Source: Callorhinchus milii
Lineage: Eukaryota
Reading direction: 5' to 3'
Length of the DNA stretch: 64,000 nucleotides
NCBI RefSeq assembly: GCF_018977255.1
Contig: NW_024704743.1
Location: forward strand, 57,910,001 to 57,974,000
Both the position numbers and the translations under genes were made by a program. Shown piece after piece: positions 39,885-52,503 of the stretch. A model generated the notes under the pieces. That model made no database searches, was not told the origin of the DNA, and was given only the letters and a program-made list of their open reading frames with translations. The stretch's first letter is position 1. Every line of letters begins with the position of its first letter.

Positions 39885-40300
39885 TCCCTAGCTCCTCCTA
39901 CTCAAGCTGTTCAGAACTCTGGAGCCCATGTCCTCTCCCACAACAAGCTCTGTGAGCCCATCACCCCATCCTAACTCAACTCCATTGGCGCCTCACTCCC
40001 CAGAAGATTGAATTCAAGATCCATATCCTCACCTTCAAATCTCTCCATGGTCTCAACCCAACTATCTCTGCAACGTTTCGCAACACCATTGGCCTGGTCC
40101 TTCTGCTGAGCTGCTTCATGTCGCCTGCTCAATCCGCCCAACTATTGAAGCTTTCTGCCATTCTGTCCCTGGACTCCATCCCAAAGATGCTCTGCTTTGC
40201 CTCCCCCCCACCGCCCCATCTTCAAATCCCACCTTAACATCTATGTTTTCGATTGTACTTCCATCTGTCTTCCCCTACCTCTTCAGCTACACACAGCTGC
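39885..40300 (+). mobile_element. L2 3' fragment (decayed)
   Basis: C-rich; cccatcaccccatcctaactcaactccattggc, attgaattcaagatcc; similar to 13020-13390. Confidence 0.75.
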
Positions 40301-40644
40301 CTAAATGTAAATTGGTATTTTACTCTTTCACCCATTACATCCAAACATAACAATATTCATTAGCATCAAAAACAAAACTAAAGCATCTCCAATTGTGAGG
40401 TTAATAAAATGACCAAATATGATCCAACTTACAAATAATTGTTATTTACTGGGAAAAATCCTTGGGAGACTTGCATTGTCCAGATGTCTTTGTTTGGGCA
40501 TATCAATCTTTTTTTTTTTCCAATTTGACACTTTTTGTGATTCAGATTTTAGGTTTCTCATTTCCCATAACTAACCAATGCCAAATCCATTTAGGCTTAT
40601 TTGCAATGCATAACCATGGAAATGAAAAATTGTCCAATCTTTAC

Positions 40645-40830
40645 AGAGGGAAAGTGCATATTCCATTCCAACAATCTATCTCTGGAATTTCCATGTGTCG
40701 GTGGGATGCATGGAATTCTCAGTTTAGTGTGGAAACTCTTAACAACAACAAAATTACATTTGTATAGCACCTTTCACGTCTAAGTACAGTGATGGGTTTC
40801 TGCATAGACACGCGGCTGACCAAAAAATAA
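40645..40830 (+). mobile_element. Unclassified structured element, 3' fragment with a ~40-nt L2 tail insertion
   Basis: attccattccaacaatctatctctggaatttccatgtgtcggtgggatgcatggaattctcag nearly identical to 32175-32237. Confidence 0.8.
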
Positions 40831-41649
40831 TTGATCTGTTTGATACTCAGGAGGCAGGACTTGGAAGAAATAGGCTCCAGAAATGTGAAGGAGGTAAGAT
40901 GGGGAGCAGGGGAGTCGTTGTCTCAATCTTACCATCATTTGATCATAATAGCAGAAGCCGTGAACGCTTTAGCCAAAATGAGAGAGAGTTTCATTGCTAG
41001 GAGACTATTTAATAATAAAAAATAATAAATTTGTCACTTCAATCCACAACTGTTTGTGGGACACTTCTGTGCGCAGTTGGCTGCCATGTTTCACCCACAA
41101 AATAAACAGTCAATCCATTTTACAGTATATTCTGCAAGCGCTTTGAGACGTCTCAACAACATGATAAAACACTACATCAAATGCAAGGATTATTATTGCT
41201 ATATTATTATAATATCTAATACATTTACAAGGTGACCTATTTCCTCAATAGAAAACATTTGCAGTTTAATAATGTTATCCTTTGTTTTCAAAAACAAGTT
41301 GCATTGATATATTCATTGATATCATTCTCATTTCTGCTCTCAATCATGGTCAAGGAGAGAAGCTGCTAGTCAGATTGTTGATGATCTAAATTTACACGTT
41401 CTTTCCAAGGACAAGGGAGGTCATAATTAATCATTGGGTTCCCAGACAACTTTACTTAAATTATTAAATCCACTGGTATCAACTGTTAGAATAAGATAAG
41501 CAAAAGTAAACATTAAATAACATTGGAATAATTTCATTCTTTAAATGTTTTTCGATGTCCACAAACAATTAATAGAAACATATCTTATTTTCTAAAGCGA
41601 TTAAAAAAGTATGAATGTAAATGTATAATTTCACTAATCATTTTATGAT

Positions 41650-42225
41650 GAACCTTTATAAAATTCTGGTTGGGTCTCAGCTAGAGTGCCATGTTCAATA
41701 CCGGGCACCACACTTTAGAAAGGATGTCAAGGCATTGGAGAGGGTGCAAAGGTGATTTACCAGGATGGTACAAGGAATGAGGGACTTCAGTTATGAGAGG
41801 CTAGAGAAGCTAGGATTATTCTCCTTACAGCAGAGAAGGTTAAGAGGAGTCTTAATAGAAGTTTTCAAAATTATGAGGGGGTTCAATAGGATGAACAAGG
41901 AGAAACTATTTCCACTGGCGGGTGGGTCAGTAACCCGAGGACATTAATTTAAAATAGTTGTTGAAAGAAACAGAGGGGAGGTGAGGAGAATTTTTTTTCA
42001 CACAGCGAGTTGTTCGGATCTGAAATGCACTGTCTGAAAGGGTGGTGGAAGCCGATTTGATAACAGCTTTTTAGAGAGAAGTAGATAATTATTTTGGGAG
42101 TACAAGATTGCAGGGCTGTGCGGAGAGAGCGGGGGAGTGGGACTAATTTGGATAGCTCTTTTCAAAGAGCCGGCACAGACACGATGGGCCGAATGGCCTC
42201 CTTCTGTGCTGTACAATTCTATGAT
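41650..42225 (+). mobile_element. CR1-clade LINE 3' fragment
   Basis: ERLEKLGLFSLQQRRLRG.LIEVFKIMRG; tail gatgggccgaatggcctccttctgtgctgtacaattctatgatt. Confidence 0.92.
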
Positions 42226-43271
42226 TTTGGTCAGATGACCATCCCTTAATTGCGATGAATGTAAGGATTCCTTTTGGACCACACCCAAAGCATTTTAAAC
42301 GGAAAATATAGAAATCACTTGCACAACTACAAGCAAAACTGATTCAAGCAGCTACAGAACTGAATGGAACTGAGGAAATTGAGTAGAAGTTGTTTATGTG
42401 CAAGTTCACCTACTTAGAAAGTATGAGGCAAGACCATACTTGTGGTAGACAATATAACTATCTACCTCATTCGTTCGAACTCCAGATTCAACAACAATTT
42501 ACATTTATATAGTGTCTTTTATGTTGGTAAGACATCCCATAGCTGACTAAAAACTCGAGCTGGAGAAGGGGAGATAAGTGACCAAACTCGCATTGGAAAA
42601 AAAAAGGTGCGTTTTGAAGGCAGCTCAACAACGAAGCATTCTGCAGCCCGAACATTCAGAGCAACATTTTTGGTGACAGAATAACAAACTTCTCAGGAAA
42701 CAGTTGCCTTAGTGTTCAGCAAAGCCAATTGCACTTTGCCACAAAGTAACCATCACACAAGTAGAAAACGCCCTAATTTTCCACATGGTTCTTGACCTTC
42801 TAAAGAATACCACTGTGGAATAAACTGTATTCCATTGGGATATCAGGCAGTAAAGTCCATCTGTAAGAGTGGACCTTATTCGATACAGTTAGCTAATCTC
42901 CATTTATTATTAGTTTTACCTAGGATTTTGTTCCTATAAGGAAAGCAAAGTTTAATCACAAATTTATGCCTTGACCTTTGACAAAATATGGGCTCCACAG
43001 GAAGATTTTGATTCTCCCCCCGACCAAAAAAAAAACAGCAGGTGACAAAAAGACTGCTATCGTATATCCTCAGTGTGTGGTAAGTGCCCAAAGACAGGAA
43101 CCTTTTTCATTACAAAATATTTTGCTTCGCCCACAAAATATAGTCAATTCACTTTACTGTGTATCCCGTGAAGCGCTTTGAGATGTCTCAAAGACATGAT
43201 AAGGCACTATATCAAATGCAAGGTTATTATTATTGCAACAGAATATCTACAATGTTATATGCCAGGAGACT

Positions 43272-43660
43272 ATAGAATCATAGAATCGTACAGCACAAAA
43301 AAGGCCATTCAGCCCATCGAGTCTGTGCCGGCTCTTTGAAAAGAGTAATGTAATGTCAATCCCACTCCCCAGCCCTTTCCCCATAATCCTGCAAACCCGT
43401 GCTCCTCAAATACCCGTCCACCGCGGTTTTAAAAGTTGTTATCGAATCGGCCTCCACCACCCTTTCAGACAAAGCATTCCAGATTCGAACAACTCGCTGC
43501 ATGAAAACATTTCTTCTCAACTCCCCTCTGCATCTTTTAGAAACTATTTTAAATCTGTGACCTCGAGTCACCCACCAGTGGAAACAGATTTTCCCTTTCT
43601 AACTTATCAAATCCCCTCATGATTTTGAAAATCTCTATTAGGTCTCCTCGTAATCTTTAG
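43272..43660 (-). mobile_element. CR1-clade LINE 3' fragment, same subfamily as 41650-42225, inverted
   Basis: TRGHRFKI...RRNVFMQRVVRIWNAL.ERVVEA; tail (atagaatc)2 on the plus strand. Confidence 0.92.
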
Positions 43661-44567
43661 TTGTTGCATCAGCTTAATCCCTTAAATGCCTTGTTTCAGG
43701 TCATTAACGGGTCATTGAGTATTTGTAAATTACCATGAGATCCGTATCTGGATAACTCATCAATGAGGTGGAATTGGGTTATCTGGCGGTAAAGTCCATT
43801 TATTTATATATCTAACTCCCACCCTAAGTAATTCCAGGCTGCTGGTAGGAGAAAAAGAAGCATCTAAACCCTAAAAAATACTGTATGACCAATTACCATT
43901 TCTTTGTTATGTACCCCATAGTGTGGTGATATCTGTTCAGAAACTTACTGACATGCTGTCGGTGTTATTTTTGAAGAGCAAGGTTAATTAGACTATGCAA
44001 AGCTGGTTTGCTTTCGTACCCAGTTGTTAATTAACCCTTTGTGTAACAAAATTCCCCGTTGTCTCTCCTCATCTTATATTTTACAACCTCCAACTGCCCT
44101 AGTTCATCCAGTTGATCTCCCTTTTGCACAGTTCGGAAGGTGCTCTACATCAGATCTCGAGGCATCAATGCAGTTAGAACACAAAAGCAGATATTCTGGT
44201 CAGCCCCAATGTTAATATACAAAATTACTATTTTAATATATTTAAAATTAATATACAATATTAATATACAAAATACAAAAACACTGTTTGTGGGACACTG
44301 CTGTGCGCAATTGGCTGCCACGTTTCGCCCACAAAGATAGTCAATTCACTTTACAGTATATTCTGTGAAGCGCTTTAAGACGTCTCAAAGACGTGAAAAG
44401 TGCTATATCAAATGCAAGGATTATTATATTATTATTATTAAGCGAGAAGTTTATAAGGAGTCTTTCTGCTCAGTTTGAAAATGCTTCACAGCTCTTTAAG
44501 CCATGCAACATTGAAAAACACAAGTGCTTTGGGTATCAAAGATCTTTGATATGCAAAGAATATCTTG

Positions 44568-44932
44568 AACAACAAATTACATTTATACAGCATCTTTTAT
44601 GTCAGGAGGATGACCCAAAGCACTGAACAGTCAAGTATGTGCACCCGAGCTGGGGTTTGGGATCAGGAAGGGTGGGGGGCAGGTGGGGCTGGGAGGGTGA
44701 CCAAAGGACGGGCCAAGGGCTTGAGAGGGGCCTTAAAGAAGGCAAGGAAGGGGGCAAGGCGAAAGGACTGTGGGATGGAGTTCCAAATGTTGGGGACAGA
44801 AAGGCTGAAGGTCCGACCTCTGATGGTGGAGCAGGCCAGAGTGGAGGGGCTTACAGACCGGGATGTAGGTCACAGAGGGAGGGAAGAGCAAGGCCATGGA
44901 GGGCTTTGAAAGTGAGAAAGAGGATTTGAATT
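44568..44932 (-). mobile_element. L2 3' fragment
   Basis: aacaacaaattacatttatacagc tail; gggatggagttccaaatg; gctttgaaagtgagaaagaggatttgaatt. Confidence 0.8.
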
Positions 44933-45088
44933 CAGAAGATGCTACAGACGATCAAAGCTGAGTTGTTAAAGAGATGCAACTACATTAAAGTTTGGGGCCC
45001 GAAAGGGGAACAAAAATAAAATAGTGTGCAAGACAGCACACGGTCACTTTAGAAAATGAAGTTTTGTCAAACAATAAAAGGTCAAACT

Positions 45089-46240
45089 TAACATAACATG
45101 TAGGAGCAGGAGTAGGCCATTCGGCCCTTCGAGCCTGCCCCGCCATTCAATCATGGCTGATCTTCTAATCTAACTCCAGCTAATAACATAACCCTGCCTT
45201 ATCCCCATATCCCTTAATCCCTTTTGCAATAAGAAATCTATCTATCTCAGTCTTGAATATGTTCAAGGACTGAGCGTCAACAGCCCTTTGGGGTAGTGAG
45301 TTCCATACATTCACCACCCTTTGAGTGAAGAAGTTCTTCCTCAACTCAGTGCGAAAGGGCTGGCCTCTGATTTTAAGGTTGTGACCCCTGGTTTTAGTTT
45401 CTCCAACCAGGGGAAACAATCTCCCACTATCTACTCTATCATGCCCTTTGATGATCTTATAGGTTTCTATAAGATCCCCTCTAATTCTTCTATATTCTAG
45501 AGAATATAGGCCCAAATTGGTCAGCCTATCCTCGTAACTCATCCCCTTCATCCCTGGTACTAACCTAGTAAATCTACGCTGCACCCCTCCAAGGCAAGTA
45601 CATCCTTCCTTAAATAAGGAGACCAAAACTGCACACAGTATTCCAGGTGTGGTCTCACCAGGGCCCTATACAGTTGCAGCAAGACTTCCCTACTCTTATA
45701 CTCTAATCCTTTCATAATGAATGCTAACACACTGTTCGCCTTCCTAATTGTTTGCTGTACCTGCAGACTAACTTTCTGTGATTGGTGTACAAGGACACCC
45801 AAGTCCCTCTGGACGCTAACACATTCCAATCTCTCCCCTTCTAAAAAATAACCCGCTCTACTGTTTTTGCTACCTCGGTGGATGACTTCGCACTTCCCTA
45901 CATTATACTTCATCTGCCACCTACCTGCCCAATCACCTAACCTATCTATGTCTCGCTGCATTTTTTTAATGTCGTCCTCTGTGTTGACACTTCCTCCTAG
46001 TTTTGTGTCATCCGCAAATTTAGATATATTAACTTTGATGTCCTCATCTAGATCGTTGATGTAACTGGTAAATAGCTGAGGCCCAAGGACTGATCCTTCT
46101 GGCACTCCACGAGTCATATCCCGCCAATTTGAAAAGGACCCGTTTATCCCTACTCTTTGTTTCCTACCCGTTAACCATTCCCCAATCCACGTTAATATGC
46201 TCCCCCCAATTCCATAGGCCCCTATCTTTTGGACTAACCT
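45089..46240 (-). mobile_element. CR1-clade LINE, 3' portion (relatively young, frameshifted); continues at 46991-47153
   Basis: [63 protein letters not shown]1/HE1-like 3' tail. Confidence 0.96.
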
Positions 46241-46995
46241 ACGACACTAAACTAGGTGGGAGAGTAAGCTCTGAGGATGATCCAAAAAGATTACAATGGC
46301 ATAAATAGGCATCGGGGACTGGGCGAATAGATGGAAGATGGAATTTAATGTGGGGAAGTGTGAAGTTATTCATCTAGGTAGAAAAAAATAGAAAAACAGA
46401 TTATTTTCTAGAGGGAGAGATAGTGTTAGTGTTCAGAGGGATTTGGGTGTCCTTGTACAGCAGTCTCAAAAAGTTAGTTTGCAGGTGCAGCAAGCAGCTA
46501 AGAAGGCGATCGGCATGTTAACGTTCATTGCAAAAGGTTTAGAGTACAAGAGTAGTAAGTTTTGCTGCAACTGTAAAGGGCCTTGGTGAGACCGTACCTA
46601 GAGTATTGTGTGCAGTTTTGGTCTCCTTATTTAAAAAAGGACATACTTGCCCTAGAGGGGTTGCAGCGCAGATTCACTAGGTTAGTTCCTGGGATGAGGG
46701 GACTGACCCATGAGGATAGGCTGAATAAACTAGGGCTATATTCTCTAGAGTACAGAAGAATTAGGGGAGATCTTATTGAAACATATAAGATTCTTAAAGG
46801 GCTGAATAAAGTAGAGACTGAGGATCTGTGACTGATAGATTTTTTAAAAATAGAGGGATTAGGGGATATGGGGATAGGGCACGTAATTAGAGTTAGGTCT
46901 GAAGATCAGCCATGATCTTATCGAATGGCGGGGTAGGCTCGAGGGGCCCAATGGCCTACTCCTGCTCCTAATTATTATGTTTTTATGTTCTTATG
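46241..46995 (+). mobile_element. CR1-clade LINE, 5'-truncated, nested antisense within the previous CR1
   Basis: [19 protein letters not shown]...[13 protein letters not shown]; tail gatcagccatgatctt...ggcctactcctgctcct...ttatgttcttatg; internal deletion near 46830. Confidence 0.94.
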
Positions 46996-47153
46996 CGGCA
47001 CCTTCTCGAATGCCTTCTGGAAGTCCAAATAGACCACATCCACTGATTCACCCTTATCTAGTTTACTCGAAATGTCCTCAAAAAATTCTATAAGATTTGT
47101 CAAACATTACTTCCCTTTTGTAAAGCCATGTTGACTTGGCCTAATTATATCAT
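46991..47153 (-). mobile_element. Upstream continuation of the interrupted minus-strand CR1
   Basis: Minus strand encodes GFTKGK.CLTNL.EFFE and VDVVYLDFQKAFEKVPH, typical of CR1 RT. Confidence 0.88.
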
Positions 47154-48573
47154 GGCCTAATTACTTCTAAAACTCTTTCACAAAACTACAAAAATATATT
47201 AAGTACTATAAATGAAAAAAATTATCAACAGAGGGGAGAAATAATTTGTAAAATAAACTTTTTTTTATCTGCAAGTAGATAAGATTTGAGATTCTTGCTA
47301 GAAACCAGAGACAAAGAAAAGATGTGATTCTAGTCCAAATAAAGTGCTAATAGAAATCACCTGACCAACAATGATTTCTAATAGAGGCAAGGACCCTATA
47401 TGACAGTTCACTTGTACAGACACAAACTGTACCAAGACTTCATTATATCTTAACATGATGGCCAATTTTCATAAATTCATCCCAATTTACCTCAAAAATA
47501 AAGAATAAACAGAAATTTTAATACATCTGCAAACTATCAGTAGGAATAATATCAAATCTCTTTCCTTGAGACTGAAATTCTATTTTGACACTGAGAAAAA
47601 TCTTGAAGAGACTGGCACTATATTTTAAACTATGAGCATTGAGACATGTACAATGTTACCCATTACCATTCTGTGTCAATGTAGTGTACATCACACATCA
47701 TACAGCTCTCTTGCCAGGTTGCTTTCGCTTTGGAGGTTTCACTTTTCTTCCAACTACTCGCCTGTTTCCCCTCAATATCATAGGGCAGAGACTGCCCTAT
47801 GGTCTACTCTTAAATCCCTCACCTTCATAGAAACATATATAATGCTTTCTCACCGAGAATTCAATAAAAGCATAAGCCATGTCAAATATATTTTAAAAAN
47901 CACCTAACACCTTCTTTGCTTCCGTGCACAGCTCAAGGCTAAATTTTTCAATTAAAATTTGAAGCTCATGATACAACTTGTATCCTTTAATTTGTAGTAA
48001 CCATAATGCACTTGCACACTACTTCTGAACATCTATTTTTCCTGGCAAGAATAGGTGTCTCACATTAGTTTTCTGCATTACAGACTTTAGCTAACGCCCA
48101 TAGGCTGCCCTGTGGTTCCTGACCCACGTCTCTCTATGACACTATCCTCTTGTTAACAGCTGTTGCACGTGACCACTGATTAAAATAACTAAACAATGTA
48201 TTAGTAGATTTTATTGTTTCAACTTGACACAACTAGATTACACACAGGCATACATTCAAGTTCAAGGGGAACTGTACTTTACATGGCATCAGATGAAATA
48301 TAACAGCCTTTGCGTACTGACGTTGCATGAAAAACAATGGTGGATTTTTAAACAAAACATGTTACCTTAGTTGTTACATCTACGTGCAATATAAATAACA
48401 CACAACAGCCATAGGATAAATTTCTTCTCTCACGCAGAGGAGAAGAAGATTTGCAACTCTGGAATAAACTGATTATTTCTTGGTGCATCATCTACAGGTG
48501 TATCCTCTACGTCATAAGTTGCGACACTTCAAAGTTGTGGTACAAGTATAGAGTGCAGGTGAGGTTAAGTTAC

Positions 48574-48742
48574 CATATTTTTGTTTATGATCTTCTTTGG
48601 TTCAGTCGCAACATCCAGTGGAGTGAATTTCACAGGCTCCTTAATCTGTCTCCGCGACCTCTTGGTCCCATCTGGTAAAGTTTCCATGGTGATGTCTGCC
48701 TCCAAGTCACTGCTACCTGCTTGGTCACACTCTGAGCACTGC
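48574..48742 (-). CDS. PHF14: PHF14 coding exon: (W)QCSECDQAGSSDLEADITMETLPDGTKRSRRQIKEPVKFTPLDVATEPKKIINKNM
   Basis: Completes PHD3 (W-x-C-x2-C); acceptor tcctacag|G, donor ATG|gtaact; 169 nt, phase 2 to 0. Confidence 0.96.
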
Positions 48743-49904
48743 CTGTAGGACATATAATATTACCAGCAGAGTATGAGATCTAGAGAAAAACTGGTAGAAT
48801 TGCTGTCAGGAATGCTGGCATTCTGCTACGGAGCTTTCTCCTGGGGCCAGATGCTGCCACTCGTCAAGAGTTTCTACTGATGGTAATCAAGTTACGTGTT
48901 TTTACCTTTCAAACGTTTACTTAATACTACAATCTGGCAGTTGGTGAAGCAAATTAAATGTGTGAAACAGGTCACAGCCTCAGCCCCATTTTAATCCACA
49001 TATCAAGCAGTGTTTAATGTTCACAGGAAAATAAAATCCAGACATCAGAAAGGAAGGAGAAAAGGAAAGAATCATTATTGGGAAGCTGGTCAATTGACTT
49101 TACACAAAACGCTAAAGTAATAGTGAACACAAATTCACTCAATGATTCAGAGCTAAATAAACTACAAAAAAACTAAAAGGTGAGTTGCTTTTGCCTATGG
49201 GAATTCTTAACAGGGACATAAATTGCATAACTTCAAATGGGTCAAAGCCCATGACAAATTCAATCATGCCCAGCTTATAAATACATTTTAAAATCTCATG
49301 AAAGGGCTGAAAAATTTCAAAAGAATGGTAGCTTTTAGGTTGACTTTAGACATTTATACACTTTCTAGTATTCTCCAAAGGAATTCAAAAAGACACAACA
49401 AAGATGAAAAAAGAACAATCAATAAAACTCCACTTCTCTACAATAATCTTACCTCGCAGAATGTGCTCTGACTAATTAAAAGTGAAACCTAACTTGGTGA
49501 TCAGAAGCACAGTTCAAGCATGCAACTCACAAGAGGCAGTTGTTTGGACTACAATATAAAATAATTTGTATTCAGCAAACTAACATTACTTAAATACATC
49601 AAGACTGATATTTTATGTATTTGGATAGTTCTAAATAATGACAGAATAGGATTGAAATTTGAAAGATGACAGGTTTAGTTTAAAAGGTGACAGGAGAAAA
49701 TAACAATATCTTCCACAGATGATTCAAAATCTCAGCTATATAAATATATTACTGGCATGTTGTATCCAAATCTTATAGAGTTTTGAAATCTTATAGGTAA
49801 ACATCAAAATATTGAGACTGGTACAGTTCTTCATAGTAATACGGTATTAGTTTGCTCAGTTGGTTATGAATGTTATGTATTTAAAGAAACACTGGTTCTT
49901 ATTA

Positions 49905-50081
49905 TTGCCTTATTCAATCCACGACTGTTTGTGGGACACTGCTGTGCGCAATTGGCTGTTGCAGTTCACCCACAAAATATACAGTCAATTTACTTTACAG
50001 TCTATTCTGTGAAGCAGTTTGAGACATCTAGAAGACGTGAAAAAGCGCTATATTAAATCCAAGCATTATTATTATTATTAT
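49905..50081 (+). mobile_element. SINE 3' half, inverted relative to 50140-50480
   Basis: gactgtttgtgggacactgctgtgcgcaattggctg...gcgctatattaaatccaagcattattatt. Confidence 0.88.
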
Positions 50082-50139
50082 GCTTTCACACTTGTTAAAA
50101 AGTAACCCAGGGCCATTAGAGGTTGCATTTTTCAAACAA

Positions 50140-50480
50140 TAATAATGTAATCTTTGCATCTGATATAGCGCCTTATCACATCTTCAAGACATCTCAAAGC
50201 ACTTCACAGAATATACTATAAAGCAAATTTACTGTATATTTTGTGGGCGAAATGAGGCAGTCAATTGCACACAGCAGGGTCCCGCAAACAGTCATAAATT
50301 GAATTAACCAATTTATTATTTTTTTTAAGGAATTATTACCCCCGGAAAAGCGATCGCCAATCAATTAACAACCTGGTTTCTACTTACTGCTAAGTAAACA
50401 GAGGCGTGTAGCCCTGCTTGGAATCGAACCCAGGTCTCTCGCTTGCAAGGTGAGTGCTCTAACCAGAGCTACAGGACTCC
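50140..50480 (-). mobile_element. tRNA-derived SINE (younger family), near full length
   Basis: Head GGAGTCCTGTAGCTC..GGTTAGAGCACTC, B box GGTTCGATTCC on the minus strand. Confidence 0.9.
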
Positions 50481-50944
50481 AATCTATATTTCTGGTACCC
50501 AGTTGGAACATGCATCTTATGCATGAAATGATTTCTAATGTCAGACATAGTTTTACAAAAAACTGTACAGACTTGTAAGATTAAGGTTTTGGTTTAAGAT
50601 AAAATGTTGTAAATGGCATTCTGAGCTTCATTATAACCAGCAAACAATAATTCAATACATACAGGATAGCAAATACTCCAAGATCCCACGCAATTAGAAA
50701 TACATTCTATATCTTCCTGGAATATATTTGGTCAGTCAGACAATGTGGTGTCAGATTTATTTACATTAGATGCCTTGCAATACAAATTAAATTACTTCAC
50801 TTCATAAAAAACTGATATAGATGAGAGTGTAAAGCCTAAAGTAAGAACAATTTGCATAAGACACAAAGGCAAACCTGCATTGCTTGGATGTCAAATGATC
50901 AATTATTGATATTCCCGTTGTAAGGGTGGGTGAAGGGAGATAAG

Positions 50945-51785
50945 AGGGGTCCCCTTGGAGCTGAGCAGGCTCTAAGGTAATAATATAATAATAATCCTTG
51001 CATTTGATATAGCACTTTTCACGTTTTCTAGACGTCTCAAAGCGTTTCACAGAATCTCCTGTAAAGTGAATTGATTGTATATTTTTGGGCGAAACATGGC
51101 AGCCAATTGTGCACAGCAGTGTCCGAACAGTCGTGGTTTGAATGACCAAATTATTATTATTTTTTTTCTTGAAGAATTATTGTCAGGTGTGTGGAGTAAG
51201 GAAGCTTGCCCAAGGTTTTGCCATGCCGGGAGTCGAACCCAGGTCTCTCATTTGCTAGGTGAGTGCTCTAACCACTGAGCTACAGGACTCCACGTGAGCT
51301 CGGAAACTGAATTTTGGAAACAAGTCAATCTTCTGTAGCAATCTTAGAAGTCCAGTTCCTGAACCAAGCAGGTCCATAGTTGACAGAACAGCCAACTTGG
51401 CTCATTGGCAGAACTTGAGCAGATCAGTCATTGACAGCAAGAGTTTTTCCTACTCAGCTCCTATTAACTAAGCGATTCAAAGTTCAAACAGGTAGGGTGA
51501 TCCAAGCTGAACAAGCAGCAGAAAGCTTGATTTTCAGTGCTTTCAATGGCAAGCTGAGCTGTTTTAGCTGATTAAATTACATCAGAACCCCAATCCTCGG
51601 CTCTTTTCAATTTTGCCTAATACTTTCTAGAATTATATAAGCAGGGTGTGTCTGGAGTGTGCATTCCACTCCAGACACAGAGATAATTTCCATGTAAACT
51701 CTCAATTTTTGGATACATGTAAGCGTGGTGACGCATTTCTGCATGGGTCAGACACTAGTCAACCAAAAAATAATAAAAATAAAAA
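50945..51785 (+). mobile_element. Unclassified structured element, copy split by a SINE at 50983-51291
   Basis: 5' piece ggggtccccttggagctgagcaggctctaagg matches the start of 31717; body resumes at ~51293 and ends ggtcagacactagtcaaccaaaaaa. Confidence 0.75.
50983..51291 (-). mobile_element. tRNA-derived SINE (younger family) inserted into the 5' end of the long structured element
   Basis: Complete head and (aat)n tail; both flanks belong to the structured element. Confidence 0.9.
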
Positions 51786-52249
51786 TGAGTGTACATAAAA
51801 TTATTAAGATCTAAGTTTAGATGTCTTGTCTCAGCCACTCCTTATGAAAACATTTTATGAATGCAATTAAACAATTACTCAATTGCATCATTGATTTAAA
51901 ATTCCCTCTTAATTGCCTATCAATATGAATAATTTATGGAATAGACCGCCTTCTAGCAAAGTGAACATATTCCAGGTAAAATGCACAGGTTCCATTTTTT
52001 ATTCCACTTGCCAATTTTCTCCCTTTACTGGGTATGGGTTCCACAGATTCCCTCCAATATAATACTAACATGTCAGCCTCAACTGCGAGTGTCAGCAAGC
52101 ACCACAGAGGACCTCAAATTGAAACTCGTACCTGTCCTCAAATGGCATCCACACAAGGCCATTTCCAGTAAGATCTGTAGCCAGCAAGCGGTAACAGAAC
52201 TCCTGTCTGATTTCTTCTCTCCCTACCAGCAACCAAGTGCAGATTGGCC

Positions 52250-52503
52250 CATTTCTATCTTTCTATCCCAACTCTTCGGGAACTCCATCCCACGGTCCCT
52301 TCGCTTCGCTTCCTCCCTTGCCTCCTTCAAGGCTGGTCTCAAGACCCTTCTCTTCGATTGTGCCTTTGGTCTCCCTCCTACCTCTCTGCCTTCCCTCAAC
52401 CCTACACCACCCCTCCCCCATGCTCGGGCCCCGACACCTGACTTTACAGTGCTTTGGGACGTCCTCCCGATGTGAAAGGTGCTCTATAAATGTAATTTTG
52501 TTG
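52250..52503 (+). mobile_element. L2 3' fragment
   Basis: NSIPRSLRFASSLASFKAGLKTLLFD; tail gtgaaaggtgctctataaatgtaattttgttg. Confidence 0.8.

Noticed and set aside
47900..47900. Ambiguous base n (also at 63566)
   Set aside because: Single-base assembly ambiguity at the end of an A-run, not biological
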